A DNA stretch of 64,000 nt, from contig CBDBCY010000004.1 of NCBI GenBank assembly GCA_965203555.1, forward strand, positions 256,001 through 320,000. The letters are read 5' to 3'. Positions 42,692 to 53,175 of the stretch are shown here, in pieces; positions within the stretch are counted from its first letter, which is position 1; every line of letters starts with the position of its first letter. A program made the translations under genes and the position numbers. A model generated the notes under the pieces. That model had not been told where the DNA came from. It did not search any database and saw nothing but the letters and a program-made list of their open reading frames with translations. The stretch is from Acidimicrobiia bacterium. Lineage in GTDB: Bacteria; Actinomycetota; Acidimicrobiia; Spongiisociales; ZC4RG35.

Positions 42692-43714
42692 TCAGCTTCC
42701 TCCGGCGGCGGGGATGAATATTCCTTCTCCCAGAGGGTCTTTCGGGTCGAGCACCAGTTGGTTGAATCCGGTCAGATAGGCCGATCCGGTGATGGTGGGG
42801 ATGATGGCCTTTCGTCCTGCGACCCTGGTCTCGGCTTTGACGGTTCCAGTGAACATGGTGTTGAGGACGCTCTCGTGGACGAAAGTGTCTCCCACTTCCA
42901 GTTCTCCCCTCCCGAAGTGCCAGGCCATGCGGGCGCAACTTCCCGTCCCGCACGGAGAGCGATCGAACCCCAGGCCGGTGGAGGTGGCCATGTTCTGGCC
43001 ATCGGCGCCCGGGCTGCTGGGAGGTCCGAAGAAGAGCAACTGGTCGACATGACCGGGCGTTCCCTCCGGCCAGTCGTCCCGTTCGGCAAGTATCCGGTTC
43101 AGGCCCAGGCGGATGCGATGACTGAGCGCCACCAGGTTGGGAATCGAGTCCACCGCAATCGGCAGGCCGGTCTGTTCCACGTCCACCAGGGCAAACCAGA
43201 TACCGCCGAAGGCGATGTCCGCCTTGAATATTCGCCCGTCAAGATTCACCTCAAGCCCGGTCGCGGCCACCCAGGAGGGAACTCCCTGGAAGGTGACCGA
43301 CGTCGCCTTGGTCCCTTCGACGGTGGCTTCCGCCGTCACCAGTCCGCTCAGGGTTTCTACCACCACCTTGGTCACCGGCTCCCTGGGCTCGATCTTGAAG
43401 GTTTCGAGCAAGGTGGTGACCGTACCGATCAGGGCATGCCCGCACATGGTGAGGGATCCGAGCGAGGAGAGGATCAGGATGGAGAGGTCCGCGTCGGGAT
43501 GGGATGCAGCTACGGGAAGGACCGCATGCCACGGAGCGTGACCCCGCGGCTCTCCCACCAGCATCTTGATCAGATCCGAATGGTTGGCCAGCAGATCCGC
43601 TTCCTTCTCTGCCAGGGTGGCGCCCTCCAGTGCGGGAAACCCGTCGGTCACCACCCGAGTCGGCTCTCCGACAGTGTGGGAGTCGATGACATGCAAACGG
43701 CGAATGAAGGCCAT
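42692..43714 (-). CDS. proline racemase/hydroxyproline epimerase family
   Basis: DSHTVGEPTR, MCGH and DRSPCGTG; both catalytic Cys present. Confidence 0.92.
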   Translation of the reverse strand: MAFIRRLHVIDSHTVGEPTRVVTDGFPALEGATLAEKEADLLANHSDLIKMLVGEPRGHAPWHAVLPVAASHPDADLSILILSSLGSLTMCGHALIGTVTTLLETFKIEPREPVTKVVVETLSGLVTAEATVEGTKATSVTFQGVPSWVAATGLEVNLDGRIFKADIAFGGIWFALVDVEQTGLPIAVDSIPNLVALSHRIRLGLNRILAERDDWPEGTPGHVDQLLFFGPPSSPGADGQNMATSTGLGFDRSPCGTGSCARMAWHFGRGELEVGDTFVHESVLNTMFTGTVKAETRVAGRKAIIPTITGSAYLTGFNQLVLDPKDPLGEGIFIPAAGGS

Positions 43715-43800
43715 AGGAGGATCCGTGGATTGGGGGAAGACTGTCCCATGCTAAATTTTAGGTTTGTCTTCCAGCAAATCGCACAAAGGGTAAAACAACC

Positions 43801-45357
43801 ATGGGAAAGATCACCTATGCCACCATGTCGGATGACGATCCGGCGCTCCACCAGGCTTACGAGGAGGGACTGGCTACCGCCAGCGAACAGATCGGGCAGA
43901 CTCATCCTCTCCTGATCAATGGTGATAGGCGGTACACCGAAGAAACTTATACAGAACGCTCTCCGATCGACTCGGAGTTGGTGGTGGGAGTCTACTCACA
44001 GGCCACCGATGACGACGTAGACGACGCGGTGGCCGCCGCACGGGCTTTCCAGGCGGAATGGGAGGCCACTGCTTGGCAGGAGAGAGTGGCGATCGTCCGC
44101 CGGGCGGCGGAGATCATGGAGGAGGAGACCCCCACTCTGGCAGGGTTCTTGAGTCTGGAGATCGGTAAGACCCGGCTCGAGGCTCTGGGCGACGTCTCCG
44201 AGGCCGTGGCTTTTGCCAACTACTACTGCGACCGGCTGGAGGAGGCAGGCGGTCTGGAGACTGCCATGGGCGACTACGGGATCGGGGACACCAACCGTTC
44301 GGTGCTGCGGCCCTGGGGAGTATGGGCGATCATCTCTCCCTTCAACTTCCCCATGGCCCTGGTGGCCAGCCCCACTTCGGCTGCTCTTCTCACCGGCAAC
44401 ACGGTGGTGCTCAAGCCCTCCAACACCGGGGCCTTGGGCGGCCTGTTGCTGGCTGATATCTTCTTCCGGGCCGGGCTTCCCTCCGGCGCCCTGCAGGTGA
44501 TAAGCGGCGGTGACGAGGCGGGTGACCGGCTCGCCCATCACGATCATGTCGACGGGGTCACCTTCACCGGCTCCTACGACGTGGGTATGTATCTGTACCG
44601 CACGGTGGCCAGCAGCCGCCCCAAGCCGGTGGTCTGCGAGATGGGTGGCAAGAACCCGGCGGTGGTCACTGCCTCCGCCGATCTCGACCTGGCCGCCGAG
44701 GGAGTGATGCGGGCCGCTTTCGGCCTGTCCGGACAGAAGTGCTCGGCCAACTCCCGTGTGTACGTGGAAAGACCTGCTTTCGAGGAATTCCTCGATCTGC
44801 TCACGCAGAAGACCGCCGAGATCGAGGTCGGAGATCCTCGCAACCGGGAGATCTTCCTGGGGCCGGTGATTGACCGGGAGGCGGTGGACCGTTTCCGCTC
44901 GGCGGTGGAAGCCGTCAGGGAAGCCGGGGGCGAGGTCCTGTCCGGAGGAGAAGTGGTGACCGAGGGCGACCTGGAGCGGGGCAACTTCGTGCAGCCCACC
45001 GTGGTTACGGCGCCGCAGGACACCTGGATCTGGGAGAAGGAATTGTTCGTTCCGTTCGTGGCGGTGACCGCGGTTGATTCTCTTGATGAGGGAATCGACA
45101 AGGCCAACGACAGCATCTTCGGACTCACCGCCGGGGTGTTTGCCGGCACCGACGAGGAAGTGAACCGGTTCTTTGAACGCATTCAGGTCGGCGTTGTCTA
45201 CGCCAACCGACGGGCGGGCTCCACCACCGGCGCCTGGCCCGACATCCAGCCCTTCGGAGGCTGGAAGGGTTCGGGCACCTCGGGCGCGGGAAGCGGTGGT
45301 CCGTGGTACATGCGATCCTACGTGCGGGAGCAGGCTCGGACGCTGATCCGGGAATGA
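43801..45357 (+). CDS. aldehyde dehydrogenase (P5C dehydrogenase-like)
   Basis: ISPFNFP, FTGS, EMGGKN, GQKCSA, ELF and QPFGGWKGSG motifs. Confidence 0.9.
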   Translation: MGKITYATMSDDDPALHQAYEEGLATASEQIGQTHPLLINGDRRYTEETYTERSPIDSELVVGVYSQATDDDVDDAVAAARAFQAEWEATAWQERVAIVRRAAEIMEEETPTLAGFLSLEIGKTRLEALGDVSEAVAFANYYCDRLEEAGGLETAMGDYGIGDTNRSVLRPWGVWAIISPFNFPMALVASPTSAALLTGNTVVLKPSNTGALGGLLLADIFFRAGLPSGALQVISGGDEAGDRLAHHDHVDGVTFTGSYDVGMYLYRTVASSRPKPVVCEMGGKNPAVVTASADLDLAAEGVMRAAFGLSGQKCSANSRVYVERPAFEEFLDLLTQKTAEIEVGDPRNREIFLGPVIDREAVDRFRSAVEAVREAGGEVLSGGEVVTEGDLERGNFVQPTVVTAPQDTWIWEKELFVPFVAVTAVDSLDEGIDKANDSIFGLTAGVFAGTDEEVNRFFERIQVGVVYANRRAGSTTGAWPDIQPFGGWKGSGTSGAGSGGPWYMRSYVREQARTLIRE

Positions 45358-45358
45358 G

Positions 45359-46921
45359 TCAGCGGGTCGGCGGTTGGGAGTCGGCCAGGATCCGAAGAGC
45401 GGCGTTGCGGCCGCAGGCCGCGATGATGCTTCCTCCCGGGTGGGTGGAGGCGCCGCACAGGTAGACGCCATCCACCGGCGTGCGGTAGGGCATACGCTGG
45501 TCCCAGGCGTAGGCAGGCAGGTGATCACCCTGGAATATGTGCCCTCCGGTCAGCCCGGTCTTGGCCTCGATGTCGGGCGGTCCCACCACCTCGTGGTGCA
45601 GGATCGTGTCGGAGAACCCCGGTGACCACTCTTCGATCATGGAGATCACCCGCTGGCCGACCTTGTCCCGGTGGCGGTCCCAACTGTGACCGTCCGCCCA
45701 TGAGTAGGGAAGGTGCTGCACGAAGCAGGACAGCACATGGACTCCTTCCGGCGCCACGGTGGCGTCATATGCCGTCTGGGGATAGAGTTCGGCCCAGATC
45801 GGGCCCAGTTGCCCGCGGGTCGTGGCCCGGTGGGATTGATGGAGTCTCTCCATGCCGCTCCCGATGTCCACCATCGCCTTCGCCGAGTCGGCGAAGCCGT
45901 TGATAACCGGCAGGCGGGCGAGGGCGAAATTGACCTTTCCCACCGTTCCGACCATCGGCCAATTGGCCACCTTGTGGCCGAACCGCTCGGGTATGTGCGC
46001 ATCCACCATGGCAAAGGTCCGCCTCGGGTCGGCGCTGGAAGCCACCACCGGCGCTTTGATGCGTCGCCCGTCCTGCAGTTCGACGCCCTTTCCGGGAAGG
46101 ATGGCGCTTACCGTGGCGCCGGTGGCTATGGCGGCGCCGTGAGCGACTGCTGCGTTCCGGATGGCCTCGGCCACCCCGATCGTTCCGCCCCGGGGAAAGG
46201 CCCAGGTCATCACCGAAGGTCCGGCCAGCCCGCCCGAGGCGTGGTGGAATTTGACGAAGGCGGTGCCGGGGTCCCGGGGAGAGGCGTTGGTGCCGATGAT
46301 CCCGTTGGCGGCAATCGCATCCAGGACCCGCTCATCGGAGATGAAACCGCTCACCAGGTCTTCGAAGGACTGCTCGAACAGGGTGTGCATCACCCCCGGG
46401 TTGTTCCCCACCCGGTCGGCGATCATCTCCCGGGTGGGTGCTTCGTGCAGCCACAGGTCGTCGTCGTTGCTGGGTCGCAGCTTGGAGCGAATACCTTTGA
46501 GGTACTTGACCAGCGCTCCGAATCCTTTCACGTCCGAGGGTGCGGCCCACCGGCTCATCTCAGACCAGGTGCGATCCTCATCCAGGTAGTCGACGATCCC
46601 GATCCCCGGCTCGATCGGCACGTACAACTGCGGGTCGGGGAAAGTCAGATGCAGCCCCCGGGAGAAGAGGTCCAAGTCCTCGCAGATGCGAGGGTGGAGC
46701 AATCCCACCATGTAGGAGCAGGTGGAGATCGTCACCCCCGGCCAGGGCTCCTCGCTGCCGGTCGATCCTCCGATCCGGCGGCGCCTTTCCAGGACCACCA
46801 CCTTCTTGCCGGCCCGGGCCAGATAGGCGGCGGCAGTGAGCCCGTTGTGGCCGGCCCCCACCACTATCACGTCCCATTTGGTCTGATCCAAGCGCTCCGA
46901 GGAAGTGCCCGAATCTGCCAT
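45359..46921 (-). CDS. phytoene desaturase-like NAD(P)/FAD oxidoreductase
   Basis: GAGHNGL, GLTGGHIF and YLCGASTHPGG motifs; TATCCT 6 nt before the ATG. Confidence 0.88.
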   Translation of the reverse strand: MADSGTSSERLDQTKWDVIVVGAGHNGLTAAAYLARAGKKVVVLERRRRIGGSTGSEEPWPGVTISTCSYMVGLLHPRICEDLDLFSRGLHLTFPDPQLYVPIEPGIGIVDYLDEDRTWSEMSRWAAPSDVKGFGALVKYLKGIRSKLRPSNDDDLWLHEAPTREMIADRVGNNPGVMHTLFEQSFEDLVSGFISDERVLDAIAANGIIGTNASPRDPGTAFVKFHHASGGLAGPSVMTWAFPRGGTIGVAEAIRNAAVAHGAAIATGATVSAILPGKGVELQDGRRIKAPVVASSADPRRTFAMVDAHIPERFGHKVANWPMVGTVGKVNFALARLPVINGFADSAKAMVDIGSGMERLHQSHRATTRGQLGPIWAELYPQTAYDATVAPEGVHVLSCFVQHLPYSWADGHSWDRHRDKVGQRVISMIEEWSPGFSDTILHHEVVGPPDIEAKTGLTGGHIFQGDHLPAYAWDQRMPYRTPVDGVYLCGASTHPGGSIIAACGRNAALRILADSQPPTR

Positions 46922-46985
46922 ACTGCCAGGATAGACAACCCCGCAGATCTGAGTCGGGTGCCTGAGGTATACTTCCCTGACCTTT

Positions 46986-47069
46986 GTCGGAGTGGCGGAA
47001 ATGGCAGACGCGCTAGGTTGAGGGCCTAGTCCTCCAAGGAGGGTGAGGGTTCAAGTCCCTCCTCCGACA
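46986..47069 (+). tRNA. tRNA-Leu(GAG)
   Basis: GTCGGAG/CTCCGAC acceptor, CTAGG-TTGAGGG-CCTAG anticodon arm, variable arm, GGTTCAAGTCC. Confidence 0.96.
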
Positions 47070-47196
47070 CCTTATCATGCTATGTTATCCCAGGTCAGAA
47101 GCCATATCGGCGTAGCAAGTATCAGTATCAGTGTACGAACGTGTTTTGTGATTTACGCCCCCGACCAAGTGGGCAAGTTGCTGCCTCCGTATCTGC

Positions 47197-47282
47197 TATT
47201 TGCTGGGGAGCAGGGTTAGGGAGGAGGTCCTTGGTTAGGGGTTGAGGCCTCGCTGGAATTAGGTGGTGTAAACAAAACCGCC
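47197..47282 (+). repeat. tRNA-downstream conserved ~85-bp element, copy B
   Basis: Near-identical to the reverse complement of 30864-30947. Confidence 0.9.
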
Positions 47283-48402
47283 TAGGAGGCTGCTGATTTA
47301 TTCGGGTGGTTGAGATGCTTGGTTTGGGGGGGGAGGGGTGGGTTGTGGGATAATTTTGGGGTATGTTGAGCGTTTTGATCGGGAGTTGTTGGACGCGATG
47401 GCGGTGTGCGGTGATCTGGTTCCGGAGGGGTCGGTTTACCGGTTTTTGGCCGAGCATCGGACTGGGGTGTTCCCGGATGGGTTGTTCGAGAATGTTGTTC
47501 GGCCCTCGGGGTCGTCCGTCGGTTCCGGGGTCGGTGGTGGTGATGGTGTTACAGGCTTTGGAGGGCCTGTCGGATCGGGAGGCGAATGGGTCGGTTGCGG
47601 TGTGATATTCGTTGGAAGGCCGCGGCGGGTTTGTCTCTGGTGGATGGGGGGTTTCATCCGACGGTGTTGACGCTGTGGCGGGCGAGACTACGCAAAAGTG
47701 AGACACCGGAGCGGATTTTCGACGCGGTTAGGAAGGTGGTGGACGAAACTGGGATATTGAGAGGTCGTCGCAGGCGGGTGTTGGACTCTACGATCTTGGA
47801 TGATGCGGTGGTCACCCAGGACACGGTGACGATGATCTGTGCCCAGATACGCAAGGTTCGCCGTGTGATATCCCGAGCGCGGCAGGTGGTGTTGTCTCGT
47901 GATCTGTGAACAGGCTGGTAAGCCGTCGTGTGATTGGTCGGATCCGCAGAGTCGTTCCAACCTGATCGACGGGTTGGTCACCGATGGGCAGGCGGTGTTG
48001 GACGCGGTCGGAGGTATCGATCTGGATGCTGGGCAGTCGGAGGCGGTGGGGTTGTTGGGGGTGGTGGTCGGCCAGGACGTGGAACCGGACCCCGACCGGG
48101 AGGGCAGATGGCGTATCGCTCGGCGGGTGGCTTCGGATCGGACGATCTCGGTGGTCGACTCGCAGGCTCGTCACGGACGCAAAACATCGTCGCAGCGTTT
48201 GCGACGGTTACAAGGCTCACATAGCGGCCGAACCGGAGACGGAGATCATCACCGTCGTTGAGGTCACCGCCGCCAATACCCCCGACGGGGAGACCGGTTT
48301 GAAGATGTTGGCGGGCGAACCGTCGGGCACAGAGGTCATCGCCGATTCTGCGTACGGATCAGGCAAGGTCCGCGCCCAGCTGAAAAAGAGCGGGCATACC
48401 GT

Positions 48403-49805
48403 GAGCCTGTATAAATGTTTGTGTGAGGTGGGTTCTCTGATTGCTTTGGCTGGTGAGAGTGCCGGCCGGAGAGGAGATTGAATGTCTGTTGATCATGTGA
48501 TACCGGAGCCGGCTGGTGTGGCTGCCGGGGTGGTGTCTGACGAGCTGGTGGATGCTGTGCTGGCTGATGCTGCTGCTGGTGGTGTGGATCTGCTTGGCCC
48601 TGACGGTGTGCTGCCCGAGTTGACCAAGCGGGTGCTGGAACGGGCCCTTTCTGAGGAGTTGACTGATCATTTGGGCTATGAGCACGGCGATCCGATCGGC
48701 CACGGCTCGGGTAACAGCCGCAACGGGACCACTCCCAAACAGGTCCTTACCGAGATCGGCGCGGTGGATCTGGACGTTCCCCGTGACCGCAACGCCACGT
48801 TCGAACCGAAGATCGTTCCGAAGGGCGCCCGGCGCCTGGAGGGTTTCAACGCCAATATCGTGGCCCTGTACGCCCGGGGTCTGTCCACCCGTGACATCCG
48901 TTCGGAGTTGAAGCGCATGTACGGTGTGGACGTGTCGCCGGCGCTGGTTTCGAAAGTAACGGATGGGATCGTCGAGGAGCTCACCGAGTGGCAGAACCGC
49001 CCGCTTGACCGCTGCTATCCCCTGCTGTACATAGACGCCATGGTGGTTAAGGTCCGAACCGACGGTACGGTCATCAACCGCCCAGCGTACATAGTGGTCG
49101 GGGTCGATGTGGAAGGAAGCAAACACGTCCTCGGTGTGTGGTTGGGCGACGGCAGCGAAGGCGCCAAGTACTGGCTGTCAGTGCTGACCGAGATACGCCA
49201 CCGAGGCCTGGAGGACGTGCTGATCGTGTGTTGTGACGGCCTGAAAGGACTCCCCGACGCGATTGAGGCCACCTGGCCTCAGGCGCTGGTCCAGACCTGT
49301 GTCATACACCTCCTGCGGGCCTCTATGCGGCTTTGCAGCTGGAAAGACCGCAAAATGGTGGTCAGAGGGTTACGGGCCGTGTACACGGCGGTGAACGCCG
49401 AGGCGGCCGCCCAGGCGTTGGACGAACTCGATGACCAGTGGGGAAACCGCTATCCCGGTGTGATACGAATATGGCAACGGGCGTGGGAAGAGTTCACCCC
49501 GTTCCTGCGGTTCCCTCCCGAGCTTCGCCGAGTGGTGTACACCACCAACCTGGTGGAAAGCGTTCACTACCAGTTGCGGAAAGTCACCAAAACCAGGGGC
49601 CATTTCCCCACCGACCAATCCGCTCTGAAGTTGCTGCGCCTGGCGGCTCGGAACATCGCCAACAAGAGAGGAGGAAACCTCGGCACCGGAACCCACGGCT
49701 GGAAACTAGCCCTCAACCAACTCGAAATCCACTTCCCCAACCGAATGAACTTAACCCACTAAAACCCATGAACCCACACCCTCACAAAGACAATTTGACA
49801 AGCCC
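48403..49805 (+). mobile_element. IS256-family element inserted in the IS1182-like transposase
   Basis: 8-bp TSD CATACCGT (48395-48402, 49806-49813); imperfect TIRs GAGCCTGT..GTGAGG / GGGCTTGT..GTGAGG. Confidence 0.93.
48482..49762 (+). CDS. IS256-family (Mutator-type) transposase, intact
   Basis: NSRNG, VPRDR..FEP, IDA, DGLKG, QTCVIHLLR and YTTNLVES motifs. Confidence 0.96.
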   Translation: MSVDHVIPEPAGVAAGVVSDELVDAVLADAAAGGVDLLGPDGVLPELTKRVLERALSEELTDHLGYEHGDPIGHGSGNSRNGTTPKQVLTEIGAVDLDVPRDRNATFEPKIVPKGARRLEGFNANIVALYARGLSTRDIRSELKRMYGVDVSPALVSKVTDGIVEELTEWQNRPLDRCYPLLYIDAMVVKVRTDGTVINRPAYIVVGVDVEGSKHVLGVWLGDGSEGAKYWLSVLTEIRHRGLEDVLIVCCDGLKGLPDAIEATWPQALVQTCVIHLLRASMRLCSWKDRKMVVRGLRAVYTAVNAEAAAQALDELDDQWGNRYPGVIRIWQRAWEEFTPFLRFPPELRRVVYTTNLVESVHYQLRKVTKTRGHFPTDQSALKLLRLAARNIANKRGGNLGTGTHGWKLALNQLEIHFPNRMNLTH

Positions 49806-50608
49806 CATACCGTCACTGTCAAGCCCATACCCCAAAAGAGAAACCATCGGTTGGGTGTTGACCAGTTCACCCGTGACGATTTCGACGTGGATCACGACCG
49901 ACGGCAGGTGACCTGCCCGGCCGGGGTAACGGTGAATATCAGCCCGAAAGGACGGGTCCGGTTCGCAAAAGCCTGCACCGGTTGTGGTTTTCGGAGTCGT
50001 TGCACCACCAGCAAAAGAGGACGCCAAATGCTCATAGGTCCCCATGACCGTTTATTGGTGCTTGCCCGCCGAAAATGGAAAGATCCCCCACCAAACACCG
50101 GTAAACAAGTACCGGCCGACGGTCGAACGGCTGATCGCTTTGCTGGTCGCCAACGGCCACCGCAAACTCCGATACCGGGGAACAACCCGAAACCGACAAC
50201 AACTACACACCCGCGTAGCGGCGATCAACCTGCGCAGGCTCATCAACCTCAGACTGCACCCCACCACCACCGGATGGGCCACCAACCCCACTTAAACCCG
50301 GGGACCCCCACCAGAGAACAAGCAAACACTGGAGGACACCGGCCACCGCCCCCCGGAACCGGTGCGCCCACCGCTCCGCTCTTCGAGATCAAGCCCAGGA
50401 CCCACCACCACCCCAACACCAATACTCAGCAGCCTCCTAGGGGCTACCACGCCTCACAATTCCCGTTTCCGCATTGATCTATGGTCAGATGTCCTTCAAA
50501 ACATCCTGGTGCCAGAGGGATCATGGCCGAAAGGAGAGACAAACCGCCACCTCCTGTAAGCTAAGGTTAGGCGAGATGGTTCGGTTAGGTTAGATTGGGG
50601 GAAAGGTT

Positions 50609-51931
50609 GTGGGCCGTTATGTCTCTAGATATTGGCAGCCCCGGTTCGACGCTCCGGTAGCGAGAGAGAGACGCGGGGGACGCTATAAGGCGTTTGTGCC
50701 GGACTGTCTGGCTGGGTGGGCACCGCGGTTGTCGTTGGATGTGGTGGCGACTGCTGCGCAGGCCCAGGAGGCGTTAGCGGGATTGAACAGGCGGTACGCA
50801 GGGAGTGGCCCCCACCCGCTGGATACCTTCTCCCAGGTGCTGTTGCGGGTGGAAGCCGTTGCGTCGTCTCGGATAGAAGCCATTGAGCTTGCTCCTCGGC
50901 GGCTTCTCACAGCGGAGGCAGAACACCGCCAAGGGGGCCGGTCGTCGGATCAACGAGCGGTGGAGGTGTTGGCCAACATCGAAGCGATGGAAGAAGCGAT
51001 TCGCCTGGCGTCTTCGGGTGGGCCGCTACGGACCGATGATCTGTTAGAGGTGCACCGCCGGCTTTTGGCGCCGTCTATGCATCCCGGTTTGGGAGGCTGG
51101 GTTCGGGACATCCAGAACTGGATCGGCACGTCGGCCTACACGCCGGTGGGAGCGTCGTATGTTCCTCCGCCACCAGAGGAAGTTCCCACGCTCCTTGAGG
51201 ACCTTATGGCCTTTGTGAACCGAATGGATGTTCCGCCGCTGTTGCAGGCGGGAATAGCCCATGCACAGTTCGAGACCATTCATCCGTTCGCGGACGGCAA
51301 CGGCCGGGTTGGACGCGCGCTGATCCATGCCATCCTTCGGAGGAGGGGAGTCGCTCCTGAGTTCGTGCCCCCAGTTAGCGCGGTGTTGGCCAGATCCCGC
51401 GACGCCTACTTTGATGGCCTGTCAGCCTGGCGTCATGTGGGACCTGGTGACGACCCGGCGCGAGACCGCGGAGCAGAAGAATGGTTGGGTCTGTTCTTGG
51501 AGGCCACCCAAGATGCCTGCGGTGAGGCCCACGCCTACTTGCACGCTGTTTCCTCACTGGAGACAGACCTGCGCGCCCGAGCTGGGCCGGTTCGCAGAGG
51601 ATCGTCCACAGACCTCCTCCTGGGTGTGCTAGCGGCTTGTCCGATCTTCACCGTTAACTCGGCCGCTGAGATGATCCAACGATCTACAGTCGCTACCGGC
51701 CAGGCCGTGAATCAACTCGCCGAGTCCGGTGTGCTCAAAGCACGGATTGTCGGCAAAGCAAGGTACAGGGTGTTCGAAGCACCCGACGTCATCCGTCTCA
51801 TCACCCGGCTAGACAGAGACCTGTCGTTACAAAGCCCCGCCGGCCGGGAATCGCCGGCTCCGTTGGACGTTCCCAGCCAAGACCATCCCAAGCGGCCCTA
51901 CCGCTCCACAAGTTTCGATCTTGGCCTCTGA
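50609..51931 (+). CDS. Fic family AMPylase with a probable C-terminal HTH
   Basis: HPFADGNGRVGR catalytic loop; SSRIE inhibitory-helix-like motif. Confidence 0.93.
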   Translation: MGRYVSRYWQPRFDAPVARERRGGRYKAFVPDCLAGWAPRLSLDVVATAAQAQEALAGLNRRYAGSGPHPLDTFSQVLLRVEAVASSRIEAIELAPRRLLTAEAEHRQGGRSSDQRAVEVLANIEAMEEAIRLASSGGPLRTDDLLEVHRRLLAPSMHPGLGGWVRDIQNWIGTSAYTPVGASYVPPPPEEVPTLLEDLMAFVNRMDVPPLLQAGIAHAQFETIHPFADGNGRVGRALIHAILRRRGVAPEFVPPVSAVLARSRDAYFDGLSAWRHVGPGDDPARDRGAEEWLGLFLEATQDACGEAHAYLHAVSSLETDLRARAGPVRRGSSTDLLLGVLAACPIFTVNSAAEMIQRSTVATGQAVNQLAESGVLKARIVGKARYRVFEAPDVIRLITRLDRDLSLQSPAGRESPAPLDVPSQDHPKRPYRSTSFDLGL

Positions 51932-51992
51932 GGTCTCCCAACTGAAACGAAGGGTCCAGACATTCCCCCGATTTGTGACCTAACCTGTCCGG

Positions 51993-53159
51993 TTACGGCC
52001 TTCCCACGGGGCCAGGACCGGGTGTGATCGATTCCTGGATGTCTTGCGGATCCGATGTTGACGGTGTTGCTATTGGGCTTTGTCTAATGATGGCATCGGC
52101 GATGTCGGAAGGGGCCAGGCCGGTGGTGTTGATGGTGAGGCGTTCTCCGCGCGGCGGTCGGTTTTCTTTAGGCGGGAATCGCCAATGGCCTGGTCGCTGT
52201 CGTAGCCGCTGATAACCCATCTCCGGGGGTATATCGAGTCGCACGGGAAAGAGATGGTGAGGTGACACCAATCGGGCGATCGTTTCTGTCCAGGGGGATA
52301 TGGAACTTAGCCATTCGGTGTCTAGGCCGGCCACTACCGTGTCGAACCCTTGGTCCATGAGTTCGGCAGCCAACAGCACTGCCGCTAGCGATGCAGAGGC
52401 TAAGGCTCCTTCCCACCTGTACCTGTTTTTGCCTTTTGCATCGTCTGATGGGACCGGGATGGTATCTGTTGGGGTGTGTTCAGGGAGGTGGTCTTGTGTG
52501 ATGCCTATGCCCCGTTTGATCGGGTCTGTGTCCACGACAGCGATTCCATGTTGACGGGCTAGGCATCTTGCCACCGTTGTCTTCCCGACAGCGGGTGGGC
52601 CTTGAAGGATGATCATGGTTCGCTTTCCCTTCCAGACCGAGTCTCGGCGCTGTTCAACGACTTGATACACCCAATCCTTCCAGCCAGTCCCAGTCACGTT
52701 GGGAGTAACCATATCCCAGGGGTGTGACATCCTCTCGACCGCTACCGAAGGTGAGGTGCATCTGGCCTCTTGGGCACCGGGGTCGGGTTCACCTGTGTCG
52801 AAAGGGCGGACCGGGTCACTAGGCCGACCTTTGGCCGGGGTCTGTTGGTTCTCCCGGGTGGTGATGGGTTTAACACTTCGTACGAGGCGCAATGCTGCCA
52901 GGTTGGCCTCGATGGGGATGATCTGTCCCGACGGGGGCGGACAGGTTGAGGCTGGCGGTTCGGCTAGTAGGGGGGCTTGGGTAGTTAACCGATTGATGGC
53001 AGTCATCAAGAAAAGCGAGGAACTCGTCGGTATCCAAGAAGACGCTGGTCCGACCCGATGCGAAGTCTCCAGTAGGATCAGGGTTTCTCCTGTGCTGGTG
53101 TCGAAATCCGCCACTGTCAGATGTTCGGTGTCCGCTTTGGTGGTGGGACTGGATTCCAT
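51993..53159 (-). CDS. P-loop NTPase/kinase (AAA_33-like C-terminal domain); true start uncertain (53159 or 52730)
   Basis: IILQGPPAVGKTT..AVVDTD, RLRQR lid-like motif and INTT. Confidence 0.65.
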   Translation of the reverse strand: MESSPTTKADTEHLTVADFDTSTGETLILLETSHRVGPASSWIPTSSSLFLMTAINRLTTQAPLLAEPPASTCPPPSGQIIPIEANLAALRLVRSVKPITTRENQQTPAKGRPSDPVRPFDTGEPDPGAQEARCTSPSVAVERMSHPWDMVTPNVTGTGWKDWVYQVVEQRRDSVWKGKRTMIILQGPPAVGKTTVARCLARQHGIAVVDTDPIKRGIGITQDHLPEHTPTDTIPVPSDDAKGKNRYRWEGALASASLAAVLLAAELMDQGFDTVVAGLDTEWLSSISPWTETIARLVSPHHLFPVRLDIPPEMGYQRLRQRPGHWRFPPKENRPPRGERLTINTTGLAPSDIADAIIRQSPIATPSTSDPQDIQESITPGPGPVGRP

Positions 53160-53175
53160 GAGAGCTTTCCGAATC

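Larger units (their letters stand above)
47286..50436 (+). mobile_element. IS1182/IS5-like element, transposase frameshifted and interrupted
   Basis: TIR GAGGCTGCTGA at both ends; CTAG duplication (47282-47285, 50437-50440); fragments GRPSVP..LSDREA, LDSTILDD, ARHGRK, GYKAH, ADSAYG, TCPAG. Confidence 0.88.
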
